Shown here: positions 1 to 13,996 of the stretch, piece by piece
How the letters are laid out: each line of letters starts with the position of its first letter
Position numbering within the stretch: position 1 is the first letter of the stretch
The notes under the pieces: generated by a model
The model's input: only the letters and a program-made list of their open reading frames with translations
Database searches by the model: none
Told to the model about the DNA's origin: nothing
Translations under genes and position numbers: made by a program
Assembly: GCA_965153455.1 (NCBI GenBank)
Contig: OZ234494.1
Coordinates: 6,324,001-6,388,000, forward strand
DNA from: Sphagnum compactum
Lineage: Eukaryota
DNA length: 64,000 bases
Direction: 5' to 3'

Positions 1-2557
1 ATTTTAGGTTTCATCAAGGTTTAGCCCTATCAAGGATTCGTGGGTATTCTAGTTAACTTGGGCTATCACCTCAAAATTATTAAAAAATGAGAACACAAGC
101 TAAAGAACAATGTTGGTGGTGCCAAAGTTGAACTTTGAGCTTGAAATGCTTGTCCACACATGCAACAAATCATTGTGAAGGTAGGTCCTATAATTGGATT
201 TATGAAAACTTCCCAACAGCTAGGTAGGATCCAAAGTGTTTGAATCCCCACTTTTAGCAACGTCAAGCCAAGATGATGACAAAACATACCATTGAGTTTA
301 ACAATTTCAATAAGGGGATGACAAGCAACTTAATGAAACTATTGGCATGGTGGTGTTCCTCCAAGAAATCGGCAAATTGTGTATGAAGAGTGATGCTCTA
401 GAAGATAAGCTCCAAACCTTGAATGGACTTTTAAATATAAAAAAGTTCTGTGAAATAATAAGTGTCGTGAAAACTTTCATTCATATTTGAATTTTTTTAT
501 AAAAAATCAAATAATAATTACAAGTTTTTTAATGTGACAAACCAATCCCCATAACCAAACATCCTCTTTGAATTTGTTGATGTTGTTTTGTGAAAATGAG
601 TCCAACCGACCTCTAAATCAAACATTGCCTTTGAAAAAATCATTTGCATTTTTAATTTTTTTCTTAAATTATTTTGAAACACACCCATAACCAAATGCTC
701 AAAACCTGATTAAAATACTTTTCACCTTTATCTCTTTTCAAATAAGTACACGAAAATATGTTGTTTCTCTCCCATCCTATTGCCAGCCATATTTAAATAT
801 TAACAACCACTATTTTTTTTATTACTAGCCTTTTCCCCATGCCCATAATCGCAAACAAAAAGTAACATTCCATTGCACACCTTAAAAAAACACAACACAA
901 TTTTTCAAGATCAAATGGATAATTTTTTTTTTAAAGATGTGTAAAGCCAATGCAATCATTTTTATTTTTTAAAAATTAAATAGTGTAAATTCAACTAATT
1001 TTGCTAAATTTGGACTCCAAAAATGCCCAATTTTTTGATATCATAAAATTGAAAAAAGAAAACCCTGGGACTTGTGCAGTGGTTTTGTTTTTGGCTTTTG
1101 GTATCCATTTTTTTTAATGTAGCAAAAATGCCACTGAAATCATCCATACGAAGATTTAGCCAGATTTGACTACAAACAAATAAATGCAGATATGAAAAGA
1201 AGTTTTTTGGGAATGATCCTTTAATGTTTTTGGCTACCTACTTGAACCATGTAGATAGAAATCCGGAAAGTTTCTTCATTTATTTTTTCCGAATTCTGGC
1301 TATTGAATATCCCCAAAAATCACTTACATATTTGTAATTACTCTAGTATTTTGACACATGTGTGTCGAATAATTAATCAATTTTGAAATTTTCATTTGGA
1401 CAAACTTAATATATTCTTGAAGATTCAATACCTATTTTTCCTTCATAGATTTATTTTTTTGATTTTAGGGTGGAAATTTTCAAGATTTTTAAAAAATAGT
1501 ATAATTTAGTGTCGAAGCTTCCCCTGGTAGTTATTATTAGCTTTCTGACGAGATTTCGCCAATTGAAAAAAAGGGCTGGATGGATGGATGGATGGATCAT
1601 CATGGCAGTGAACGGGGAACGCATACGGTGAACGGGAACGCAATGGTGAACAGTGGTTAGGTTCAGAGGTAACTTGACCAAAGTTAAGCGATGGCGGAAG
1701 AAAGGCTCAGTCTCTTCTTTGCCATTGCAGTAGTGTTTGTTGCGCAATTTTCGGCTTCTTCTTCCCTTCTCCCGTGTTTTCCTTGCATTGTTGCTCCGAT
1801 TTTGGCCGTGCAAATCCAGATTTGCACTGTTGGAAAAGGCCCGGAAGAAGCTCGAAAAATTCACCCGAAATTTTGTGGTTTTGTTTTGGCTTTTTTCTTT
1901 GTTTTTTGGGGATGTTATTCCGGGAGCTGGTGATGGTGGTGGTGGTGGTCAACACTCAACACTGCGGGCAAGAAACGAGGCATGCTTCTCTAGGGCAACG
2001 GAGCGGAGCCTGTAGCAGAGAGACAGTAATGGAGTAGTAAGAGATCCTATTGAAGAGTTGGTTGAAAGCTCGGCATTTCGGAAACAGCAGCAGCAGCAGG
2101 TTTCTTGATTGTCCCGTCCAGTTCTTATTAGCTGTCTCTCTGTTGTTAGCTTCTTTGGTTGCTTCCGTCGCTTGAACGTGTCCATCGCTTCTTATTATTT
2201 ACTGTTTTCATCAATGACGACGCGGTGCAGATAATAATCTTCTGCAAGTCATGATGGTGTGGCTCTAGTTTTGCAGAGAGCGAACAACCAAAGACATTCT
2301 GTCTGGAAGCTTTATTGGAAATCTTTCAAACTTGATGATAGGAAGTTGTAGGAGATGATGACACTGACAGAAGACAGGACGGGGTTTGTATTCCTGTTCT
2401 ATGATCGAAAGTTTGGAGTATTATGTGACTCGTCAAGATCTTAAGAGACAGTAATAGGGGATGACCGAGGCCGTGGATAATCCATCTCCGCATCACAGTA
2501 CCAAGTCCGGAAGGGCTTCTTGACAGCTGCTGCAGTTCCAGGTAGTAGGAGAAGTAC

Positions 2558-5500
2558 ATGCCTTCTTCAACCAAAGCTGGAATAGGAGGAATGGTCGATC
2601 ACACTCGGTCAGATCAAACCCTGGACCGAGACATTGAGCAGGTAGGTATATCAGAAATGTGTCTTCCTGTTTCTTTTGTCAACTCTGGTTCCGTCTGAGG
2701 ACAACTCGTAACGTCCTCCTCACTAGCACACCTTCTGTGGAGAGTCCGTCTGTCTGTCTGTCTGTCAGAGAGCAGCAGCAAGTTCATATGAAGAATAAGA
2801 GCAAAGTTTTGGTTAAGAATTTTCAGGGCTTTGTGCTTGGATGGTGTCAAAATGCTCACATCTTGTTCAAGAATTATGAGAGCTCCAAGGGCATTCTGCA
2901 TTATGCCATTTGGAGTTGGGCATCTTGGCAATGCAGACTTTTCTGTGCTCAGTCATGATTCTGCATGCATGATGAAACTAGTGATAGAGAATTGTCTTTT
3001 GTTGTCGGTTATTGATTAAACAGATTCAAGAATTCACTGAACATCACCTTGTGTGGAGGATATGAATGCTGGGAAATGAGCCTCAATCCAATCAGTTCAG
3101 ACATCATTGGACTCAAGCTGAGGGTCCGTGGGAGGTTCTGTTTGAGACTGCTGTAAGCTTCACCTAATTGCATAGTAGGTCATTTTTCTATGATTTGTGA
3201 AGGCTATCACTGCACTGAAGAAGGGTGCACAGCTTCTCAAGTATGGGCGCAGAGGAAAACCTAAGTTTTGCCCATTCAGACTATCCAATGTAAGTTGTTG
3301 TTTCTTGGGATGCCCTTCTGCTAGAGTTCATGAGCTATCTGATTATATTTGTATTCAGACCTAGGAGTGCTTTGTAGCAGATTCAATCATTTCCTTGGCT
3401 TGAGGATTTTGGGTTTTATGCAGGATGAAACTGTGCTGATTTGGTATTCTGGAAGGGAAGAGAAGAAGCTTTGGTTGAACACAGTGTCCAGGATCATCCC
3501 AGGGCAACACACTGTGAGTACGTTGCCTTCACTTTCAGGCATCCCTTGTTTGCAGAACCAACCTTGAACTTCCAGAGTTATTGTTGGTTTCTTCAATGTC
3601 TCGACTACTGTGGTGATTTAGCATGTAGACTTCTCAGAATGGCCCATATGTCTTTCCTTGCAACAGGCTATTTTTCAGCGCTACCCACAGCCAGACAAGG
3701 AGTATCAGTCATTTTCTCTGATTCAGGACAATGAGGAGTGCTCACTTGATGTGGTAAGCTCTCCCACATTCCAACAGTTGCTTAGTCTAGGTCAATTGAT
3801 TGTAAATCTGATATGTTACCAGAATATCTGACCATGTCAATTGAACTATGGGCAGACAGGTCGGTCATGTTGGTTATCTGGAACAAGCTTCCCACAAATG
3901 TCAGCTCACTTGAATGTACTGTGCAGATTTGCAAGGATAAAGAAGAGGCTGAAGTATGGTTTTTGGGCCTTGAGGCCTTGATCTCTGGTTCTCGAATGTG
4001 GAAATCAAGGTCTGATGGGAGGATTGACACAGTTTCTGATGCCAGCAGCCCTATTGCTCGAGCACGAAAAAGTTCTCCACTGACCTCACCATTTGGAAGT
4101 TGTGACAGCTTGCATCAGGTAATTGGAGCTGCAGTGATTTGAACAAAGTTGTCTATCAAATGTACTTATGGCATAGTCAAGCTTCTTGAAGTCCTTGAAT
4201 GATTTTCAGTCAGTTGATTACAATCAGGAGTGGCTAAGTTGCAGGGGCATACTTCCAGCTAGGTTGGGGCCTTGTATATGGTATTTTTTATCTCCTTTCA
4301 GGCATAACTTTAATGTTTATCTGCCATCTCAACTCACCAGAAAGCCAGTTACTCTGGTCTACACCTATTTTTAGTTCATCTGAGCTCTGGGAGATGTTGC
4401 ACATCCAAAGAATATTGTGATTTTTAAATTGAATCTCTGTTGACACAATTGAGGCATGTTTCTGATCCTGCAGGAATCGCAGAGCCTACCTTAGGCATCA
4501 GTAGAGTGGTTGTTATGTACTAAGCGACCATTCTGTGGCTCTTGCAGGATGGTGCAGAGGCTCACAAAACTCTTAGTTTCTTCAGGAGTCCTCATCGCAG
4601 GGGAATAGAAAAGAGTTTTTCAGTAGGTGCAAAGCTATCAGCAGAGATGAAGGGCAGTATTTTTGATGCAGGATCTGTTGGAGGATCAATGCATTCGGCC
4701 AGTTCAGATGTTGCTTCGGATAGTGTGACTGTGCACACAAAAGTGGGCGGGGGAAGTCAGGTTGACAACTCAAGAATAAGCATGTCAAGTGCTGTTAGCT
4801 CCTCAAGCCACGGTTCAGCACATGAAGAGGGAAATGCCTTAGGTGAGGTTTTCATGTGGGGTGAGGGTGTAGGAAATGGAATTCTTGGGGGTGGTGAGCA
4901 CAGAATTGGCATCCCTGGGGAAGTCATTTTGGATGCTCTATTGCCCAAGGCCTTGGAGTCCACTTTAGTACTAGATGTGCAAAATATATCTTGTGGAGGA
5001 AGACATGTAGCAGTGGTGACAAAACAAGGGGAAGTTTTTTCTTGGGGAGAGGAGTCAGGGGGTCGATTAGGTCATGGGGTAGATTGTGATGTCTCACAGC
5101 CCCAGCTTGTGGATGCTCTTGTGGCAACAAGTATTGAATTTGTATCATGTGGCCTGTACCATTCATGTGCAGTCACTTTGTCTGGGGACCTCTACACTTG
5201 GGGTGATGGCACCCATAATTGTGGTTTGTTGGGTCATGGCAATGACATCAGCCACTGGATGCCCAGGCGAGTGAATGGGCCTCTAGAAGGGATACAGGTC
5301 TCATATGTTGCTTGTGGCCATTGGCACACTGCATTGGTCACATCTGCTGGCCAGCTTTTTACCTTTGGTGATGGTACTTTTGGTGTGCTTGGACATGGAG
5401 ACAGGAAAAGTGTGTATGCCCCAAGAGAGGTGGAAGCTTTGAAGGGACTTAAGACTGTTCAGGTAGCATGTGGGGTTTGGCATACAGCTGCTGTTGTTGA

Positions 5501-8500
5501 GGTGATGGTGGGCTACTCTAGCGCCAGCACCTGTACATCTGGCAAGCTCTTTACTTGGGGGGATGGGGACAAAGGAAGACTTGGTCATGGGGACAAAGAA
5601 CTGCGATTGGTGCCTACATGTGTAGCTGCACTAGTTGACCACAATTTTCGACAGGTTGCGTGTGGCTGCAGTTTGACTGTAGCACTTACAACAGCAGGAC
5701 AGGTTTTTACAATGGGTAGCACAACTTATGGACAACTTGGGGATCCAGAGGCAGATGGAAAACTGCCTGGGCTAGTTGAGAGAAACCTATGGGAGGCTTA
5801 TGTGGAAGAGATTGCATGTGGAGCACACCATGTTGCCATCTTGACTCACAATACAGAGGTCTACACATGGGGCAAGGGGGCTAATGGAAGGCTTGGTCAT
5901 GGGGACACAGGAGACAGGAATATTCCCACCCTAGTAGAAGCACTGAAAGACAAGCAAGTGAAAAGTATAGCTTGTGGTGCAAGCTTCACAGCAGCTATTT
6001 GTTTTCATAAATGGCTGTCAGGGACTGACCAGTCAGTGTGCTCAGGATGTAGGCAACCATTTGGGTTCACCAGGAAACGACACAAATGCTATAATTGTGG
6101 TGTTGTGTTCTGTCATGCATGTAGTTCAAGAAAGGCTATGAAAGCCTCATTGGCTCCTAATCTAGACAAGCCATACCGCGTTTGTGACCAATGTTTGATC
6201 AAGTTGAAAATGACTGCTGAATCTGGAGTCACACCTCTTGGGACATTGTCCAGGAGGGGAGCTCCTAGCTGGCGTTCAAGTGAGGTTAGAGAGAGCTCAG
6301 TTCAAGCAGAGCACAAAGTTCCAAGAGCACAGCCACCACCACCAAAACGGGCCACCATTTTTGAAGCAGTTCAACACATTGACAGGATACCTGTGCCAAA
6401 GTCCTTGAAAAAATTTGAGTCTTTTTCCAGTCATGTTGCTCCTGCACCATATGGGTTTCCATCCTTGCCATCCTGGGGTAACGTGAATGTCCCCACCAGT
6501 TTCAACTCAGGATATCTGGCAACAAACTCCTCAACACCCAAACCCTCATTTGCTTCCTCTAACCCTCTCCCTTCACCTAGGGCTATTTCCAGAGCTGTAT
6601 CACCTCTGTCCAGGCGATCCAGCCCTCCAAGAGCCACAACACCCACTCCAACCATCAGTGGCCTCACAGTCACAAAGGCAGTGGTTGAGGATCTCAAGAG
6701 GATCAATGATAACTTGAGTGCTGAGAATATGAGCTTACGGTCACAGGTACTTCACAAATCTTTATCTTCTGTTGTAGAAATTGAAATGTCTCTACCAAAG
6801 GGACAAAATTATTCATGAGGTCCTTTGTGACTGACTTGATTTCCTGTGTGCCTCTGGGCTGTGAAGTTGTCATGAGGCATTGAACACATTGTTCTTTGCT
6901 GGACACTTCATAGGCAGTATGTTGCAGTTAGTTTTCCATGTAAAAAATATGCCAATGGCTTCTGGCTTCTTAGTTGCACATAAGGTTTGGGTGCTTGCAC
7001 CATGGAAGGTCCTTGGTCTAATCCTACTGTACACCCTGGCCAAGCTGTTTGTTCCTACCACTTTTCTGATGTTATCCTGTTGAGTTTCTCTGCAAGTGCA
7101 CATAATGTGAGATTTATGGTACAGTCATGTCTGTCCAACAGGTTGAAAGTCTTTCTCACCAGCTTCTAAATCAAGAGAAGGAGCTGCAGCGTTCTTCCGA
7201 AAAACTTCATCATGCTACAGCAATGGCTACAGAGGAGGCTGTGAAGTCTAGAGCTGCCAAAGAAGTAATCAAGTCTCTCACTGCCCAGGTACAAACAGTT
7301 CATGTGGATTGTATGTAACCACAGCAGTATGGTTGTATTCTTCATGACTGTACTAGTGCCAAACTTGACTACAAAGGTTTTCTGGAGCTCAGGAACCTGT
7401 GTCTTAAAATGGACCTCTATTCATGTGAAGTGTCTGGAATATATTCTAGACACAGCAATCAAAAATGTAATTAATTGATGATAGAAAGCTGCAATTTTTT
7501 CAGTTTTCTGGACCTGCATAGCTGGTCACCACAAGTCTCAATACTTCAGAAAATTTGATTAAATTCATCTCTTTTCCACAGTATCTTATTAATCGTGTTT
7601 CTGAGTGCATATTGCAGCTCAAAGACTGTGCAGACAGACACCCTATGGGTGATGCCACACATGCAAGATCAGTGTCCATGTCTGTTGGTCATCTTGATGT
7701 GCCAAATGGCAGTCATCCAATGACCAATACTAACATGGTGCCACCATCAGATGGAGAGGGAGCTCAGACAATACCTCGAAAGTACAATGTCAGCACTGTA
7801 GCCAATAACACCCCTGATGTGGATGGAAATGGTGTTATCAGCCCCCATTCTATGGCATGTCCTCCTTCATTCAATGAATCATACAATTTTGGGAGTCCTC
7901 AGTCTGGTTCAAGTCCTCATGTTATCAAAAGTGATTTTGGAGGGGTACGAGGCAGGGTTCTAGCATCTATGCACGTAACTAATGGTAGAGAAGGTGAGAG
8001 AAATGGGGTTGAACCTGTGCAAATAAATGATGAAGGGGGCAGGAGAGTGGGAAGCTCGTTCTCACCAAAGAATGGAAGAGAACCTGAAACAGAGTGGGTA
8101 GAACAAGATGAACCAGGTGTTTACATCACACTAACCTCATTACCAGGTGGAGGCAGAGTCCTGAAGCGTGTGCGATTCAGGTACATCATCAAATTTCTTA
8201 TTCCCTTTCCTTTTGTCTTCTTTTTCCTGGTGAAGATTTGTACTCCCACTTCACACTTTCTGTTGTCAAATGTTTCAGTGCACTCCGTGCAAGTAAGATA
8301 TCTCTAATGATATCTTAGCATCTGATAAGATGCGCCTTATCACACATTTGAAGGAACAGATGTCTGTACCAACAGAAGTTAACTTGCAGTATTGTCAAGC
8401 ACTCACCTCTTATATTATCCAATTGATCATGTCCTGCAGTCGGAAACGTTTCAGTGAAAGGGAAGCAGAGCACTGGTGGGCAGAGAATCGGGGAAGGGTG

Positions 8501-8647
8501 CATGAACAATATAATGCGCATGGGGGGATCAACCAGCCCAGCAATATGGCAGGGCTTGCCTCAGCAGAGCAACTGGCAGAGAGATCAAGACCTGGAGAGG
8601 AGGGAAATCCTCTTTCTCTTTCCTCCCAGATTCCTGCGACCTATTGA
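2558..8647 (+). CDS. PH, RCC1, FYVE and BRX domain protein (PRAF/RLD family), 9 coding exons
   Basis: In-frame GT-AG exons: 2558-2641, 3203-3289, 3424-3513, 3667-3753, 3927-4118, 4548-6746, 7142-7288, 7618-8180, 8440-8647. Motifs: PH (RDIEQ|AITALKKGAQLLKYGRRGKPKFCPFRLSN), several RCC1 repeats (WGxGxxGRLGHG), FYVE (RKRHKCYNCGVVFCHAC), coiled coil, BRX (EWVEQDEPGVYITL...RFSRKRFSEREAEHWW). An alternative in-frame ATG lies at 2591. Confidence 0.95.
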
Positions 8648-10904
8648 TCTCCTGTGGCTTTAAGCCTGCCATAGTTTTTAATCTCTCCCCTGAGGAATCT
8701 ACGAAAGAGGTTGGTGCAGTTTTTTGGTCCTCCTGGGGTTCAGGAACCAAACATTTGTTCAGTTGCAGACATGGTGGCAAATTGTTACCCTGTTATGCAA
8801 AACCCAAATCAAGGTCAAACACAGGACCTCTCTACTGTTGCTTGCATCACAGCCATACTAAAATCTGGGAGGCACCTTCAAAGTAATGAGGTGATTTACT
8901 GGTTGCTGTACCCTTTGGATGTACACCCTCTGAACTAAGAGAAATGCCAGACACTATCAGCCTAACTTGGGGCAAGTTTATAGGTTGTATCTCTAATCTG
9001 GAGCCTTCAACTTCCAGTTTTCTGTGCAAGAGATTGGGTGGAGAGAGGAGTTGTTCCTTGTAGATAGATATGTTTTTGGGAAGATTATTATATGCTTATC
9101 TACACCCACTGTTGGGAGCTGATGAACTTGGTGGGTAGTCATGGCAGCTCATCACTGCTGTTCGTGATGAAGGTGATGGTCTGTCACTTTGTGAGCGACT
9201 CTTATGAGGTTATGACTGCACTCATTGTCGTGTTACCTTTAATTGTTGTTGTGGAGATTTCTCTGCAACTTCATCAAGCATGTTTGTTGCTCCTGCTTCT
9301 TTGCCTGCAGGTTTATCTCCATCAGATTTATTTTTCTGCTGGATAGTTCTGGAGCTTCATGACTGCTGATATCACGGTCTGGTGCTGTTGCAGTTGCTGG
9401 AATTCATGAGGGGGTGAATAAATGGAGATGCCAATCATGCCTTGCATGGGGGAAAGTCTGAGAACTCATGTCATTTTCAGGCTTGTAAATTATACATTAC
9501 TCATACATCTGTAAGCTTGTAATTCTCTCTGTGGAAAATCCAAAATTGGGTTTCCTTGTCATTTATCCAGTTATTTGCTTTGTAGCAGCTTGAAATCAAG
9601 TTGCTAGCCTTTGAGTCCTGGGTGTCGGTGGTGCAAGTGAGACACAAGATCCAAGAGCTTTTGAGATGTGAATTCTTATCCTGATGTGTAAACTTTTCAA
9701 GAATTTCTGTGCCTCCCTGTAATCTCCTACCTATTTAGTGCTTTTGTGTGTCACAATAAGAGCATGATAAGTGCACCCTCCATTTGATCTCTGCACCATG
9801 AAAGTTATGCCAAAGAGAAATTGCTCCAAATGTGTTTCAAGAATCACAATGGGATGATCCAATGTTTGCTTTCATCGATGATAGATCTTCAGCAGGATCA
9901 GGGGCTCTAAAGGAACACTCCAAAATTGCTTGCTATCATCATTCTACAGCTCCTCAACTGTAACATGAGGCTACTACAAGATTGACTCTGAACTGAGTTC
10001 CCCTTGTCATAATAACTATTAACAACAAGAGGACCAGCAACTTATGTTCTACATGTGTTACATGTAGCTGGTAAGTGTATGAAGGCACTGCCTTAGTACT
10101 TTTTGAGTGACCCTTAGATGTTATTAGGCACAAAGTGGTTTTTGAAACACAGTTGCAAATAGAGATCCCTGTCTAAACTTTAAAGGTGTTTAGAAGCTTA
10201 TATGGTACAATCAAATGGAATGATGGAATGAGATGAGCAAGTGCCATGCTTCGTGGATTTCAACTAAGGTAGAAGCATTTAAAACTGTCTATAAAACTGT
10301 CAGAATAAGCATAGCATCTTAATTAGATTTTAACTTCCTCCTACACTTTGTTTTCTTATACAAAAGATAATTTGAAACTCAACCCAAGTTCAAGTTGAGT
10401 TTTTGAACATTTTATCAATTAGTTATGAATTTCTGAAAAATTGTGATACGGGTTTCTTGAATTATGCGTTGGCTACTTTATGAATCATGGGTGTAATACC
10501 TCAAATCTTCAAAAGAGGACTTTCAATATTATAAGATAAGGAACCTCATACTAAGACCATATGTGTTCAAATTAGGATCCTAATATTGAAGTCAAATTTG
10601 CCCAAATTAAGATCCTAAAGAAGACTTTTGATATTATCAAACAAGGATCCTAATACTGAGGCCAATGCTCATATTGTGTCACCTTAAAGTGCCTCTTACT
10701 GCAATTGCACATTCCCAAACAAATTGAACAGTTATAGGGATCCATCCATAGTAGGTTTCAGTAATGTCCCCTCAGATGTGAGGTGCTTCTACGGCTGGAG
10801 TGAACCAGCAGCCACCAATGCACCAGTTGAGGATGAGCCCGTTCAGCCCGTTTTGCGGATGAACATCCTCCCTGCCCGTCGGGGTTTTTTTTTTTCACCT
10901 CTTC

Positions 10905-11041
10905 TCTGCCCCACCTACCTCCCCCCTCCTACCTAGCCCCCTCCTATCCCCCCCTCCTACCTCCCCCCTCCTACCTCCCTCCTACCTACCACCTACCTCC
11001 CCCCTCCTACCTACCACCTACCACCTCCCACCTACCCCCCC
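10905..11041. repeat. C-rich CCTACC(T)CCCCC low-complexity tract
   Basis: Repeated cctacctccccc/cctaccacctacc. The minus strand carries many G-runs. Confidence 0.9.
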
Positions 11042-11254
11042 TCATTCCATCGCCAGAGCTCGAGCTGTGGCTGTGGAGTGGGAGCTGTGGAGCTCGAGTT
11101 GTGGCTGTGGAGCTGTGGAGCGAGAGCTCGAGCGATTGGAGCCGGAGCGGGACCCACGCGCCCACGAGACCCACGCGCCCACGCCCACGAAGAGGTAAAA
11201 TGCTTACCTTTTTTTTTTTTTTTTTTTTCTGTTTGTTTTGTTTGAAGAAGGCAT

Positions 11255-11995
11255 CACTGCGCTGTTGCAGCGCAGCGTAGCGAAGCCCTTTTCTTCTTTT
11301 CTTTTTGCAACACAAGAAAAAAAGGAAGAAGAAGGCGACGACAGCATAGCTGCTGTCGCCTTCTTCTTCCTCTCATTTTGCTGCGTTGCAGCGTAGCAAG
11401 AAAAAGGCGACGGCAGCTGCCGTCGCCTTCTTCTTCCTGGTGTGGAGCTGCGTTGCAGCGCAGCTCCACGAAGAAGGCGACAACAACTGCCGTCGCCTTC
11501 TTCTTGTTGCTGTGGAATTGCGCTGCAACGCAGCTCCACGAAGAAGGCGACGGAAGCGTTGCTGCCGTCGCCTTCTTCTTCTTCTTTGTGTTGCAAGAAA
11601 AAAGAAAAAAAAGAAGGCGATGGCAGCGTTGCTGCCGTCGCCTTCTTCTTCCTCTCGTTTTGTTGCAGCGCAGCAGAAGAAGGCGACAGCAGCTGCTGTC
11701 ACCTTCTTCATGCTGCGGTGGAGCTACGTTGCAGCACAGCTCCATGAAGAAGGCGACGGCAGTCGCCTGCTTCGCTGCGCTGCGTTGCAGTGCAACTCCA
11801 CACCTTCTTCTTTTTTTTTACTTTTTTTTTTTTCCCTTGTAGCATAACAAAGAAGGCTGCAACTTTGTATTGAAGAAGAAGAAGATGACAGCTGCCGCCA
11901 CCTTCTTTGCCTTGCTGCAAGGAAATGGCGAATTTGCCTTTCTTTTGTGGTTTTGCTGCGAAGAAGGTGACGGCAACAATGTCGTCACCTTCCTC
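11255..11995. repeat. Array of short palindromes (about 10 GAAGAAGGCGACGGCA...TGCCGTCGCCTTCTTC units interleaved with GTGGAGCTGCG...CGCAGCTCCAC units)
   Basis: Examples: aaggcgacggcagctgccgtcgcctt near 11405-11430 and gtggagctgcgttgcagcgcagctccac near 11441-11469. Confidence 0.9.
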
Positions 11996-12092
11996 TATGG
12001 TGGCGAATTTTATTTTTTCTTTGTTGTTGCTTATGGTGTAGTTCCTTAGAATTAACATTACAGTAACTAGTGGTTTTTTCTTTAGGGTTGTA

Positions 12093-13211
12093 ATGGCCAG
12101 GGGAAGAAGATTGAGGAAGAGCGCTGGTGGGGAGTTGGAAATGAGTAAGGAAAATGACATTGCGTCAGATGACGCAATTCTTCTGCCAAATTTGTTGTGT
12201 CAGACGAGGCAATTCTTCTGCCAAATGTTGTTGTGTCAAACGAGACAATTCTTCTGCCAAATGTTGTTGTGTCAGACGAAGCAGATGCCGAGCCACAAGT
12301 TGCTGCAACTGCCGAGCAAAATATGGCTGCAGGAGATGAAGCAATTGGTGACCGAAGTAGTGTTGCAACAGATCAGCCAATTGGTGAACAAAATGGTGCT
12401 CTATCATAATTGAAAGACAAGGATGACAGTTTGGTATAGATTGTTTTAGAATTTATGGACATTAGATTAAAGACAGATGAAAAAAATTGGACAAGTCTCT
12501 TCAAGTGTAATTATATCCGCACCTTCCATCATTTGTTGGAAGGTGCGGGATTTTTTTATCAAAATTTTTCTATTACAATACCTGAAAATAGTTCATGTTT
12601 ATAGGAGTAGTATGTGATTAAGTGAGTTTATGTTTTGTAATACCTGCATTCTGTTTTTTGATCTTTCATTTTTTGGTTTAGGTCCGGAAGTTGAATCTGA
12701 CCAGGCTCCTCAGCCACTTGCACTTCTTTGTCCACCTAATTTGGCTCGGAAGGACAAAGAATGGACGAAGGTTGGGTCGAAATGGAAGTGCAAAGTTGGC
12801 ACTTGCACTGTCGCATATTGTGCCAAATGGTTGTTGACCCAGCATTTGAAGGAGGTGCATGGCTTGGTGGCAGAAAAGGCCAAACCTGGGAGGCCTTCAA
12901 CTGCTGCAAGAGGTCCTCGACATCAAGACCATGCCAAAATGAATGCTCGCATCCTGGGAAATGCAATGGTTGTGCAAAGGCGGAATGATCAAAAGGTGGC
13001 TAATCGCGCTCGTGCCAAAGCACAACGCGAGTGGAAAAACCTGGTAGCTGTTGCAAAACAGTGTCCACCATTCCCAAAACCAGCTTTGGTCAAATTAGCT
13101 TCAGAGCAATTGTTGAAGGTGTTGGGCCTCAATGCTTGGGGTGTGGGTAGTGTGCCTCGAGATGCAGCATCACAGATGGAGAAGGATGAAGATTTACAAG
13201 GGATGATTTGA
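12093..13211 (+). pseudogene. Element-borne C2H2 zinc-finger gene with a disrupted first coding exon
   Basis: Exon 12682-13211 is open and encodes C-x4-C-x12-H-x4-H (CKVGTC...HLKEVH) followed by KPGRP. The upstream exon from ATG 12093 has a 1-bp deletion in the first of its 36-bp repeats and a TAA at 12407-12409. Confidence 0.65.
12164..12280 (+). repeat. 36-bp coding tandem repeat, about 3 copies (SDEAILLPNVVV)
   Basis: gtcagacgaggcaattcttctgccaaatgttgttgt repeated. The first copy is 35 bp. Confidence 0.9.
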
Positions 13212-13996
13212 TCCACCCGTTGTGTATATGCACGACAATTGAAGACGGCATGGGATGTAAAAAATTGGGATCGAGAGTCCAGTAAAACAAGTCGGACAAA
13301 ACAGTTGGTAGATGTTTTGGATTTTCATGAATCTAGAATGATTCATGGAAGGTAAGAAACAATAATAAGCAATGTTTATTGTTGTTTTATTACATTTCAT
13401 CCAAGGTGTGTTAGGGTTTAACTTAGTGGTTTTTGGGTGTTTATAGGGTTCAGGGCCAAACACAGGAAGAGTTTGTGGCAACTGCAGTTCAGGTTGAGAT
13501 GCAACGCCGCCATTTTTACATTGTTCGTCATGCAGCAACTGCATACCGAGCTAAACACGGGATTGTAGATACTGATATGGGTTAGGGTTTCACTCTATAT
13601 AGTTAGTTAGGTTTTGTAGCCCTTTTATTTTTTGGACTACCCAATTTTGAATTTCGATCCTTTGATATGTTATAGAGAACCAACGGTTTTTTTTCATTGG
13701 GTTCTTTAGTAATTTTTCATGCACCCATTTTTGTACATCTTTTATCAATATAATAGTATTTTCTACTCACACTTGTTTTATGGGTATATGGTTAAGCATA
13801 GTCTTCTTTGTCATAATTTTCTTAGTACTTGAGATGTAAGAATCAAACCAAAGATCAAAATGAACATTGTGCAATACTTACATCTAATATAATAGGACTC
13901 ACATCACCTGAAGAGTTTTAAAACAATACACACATTTTAAACATATAATACCTACATCATTTTCTATTATAAATTCCATAAGGAGATTTTCAAATA

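Noticed and set aside
11007-12160. Many overlapping 100-160 aa ORFs on both strands
   Set aside because: By-products of the stop-poor palindrome array, with low-complexity translations.
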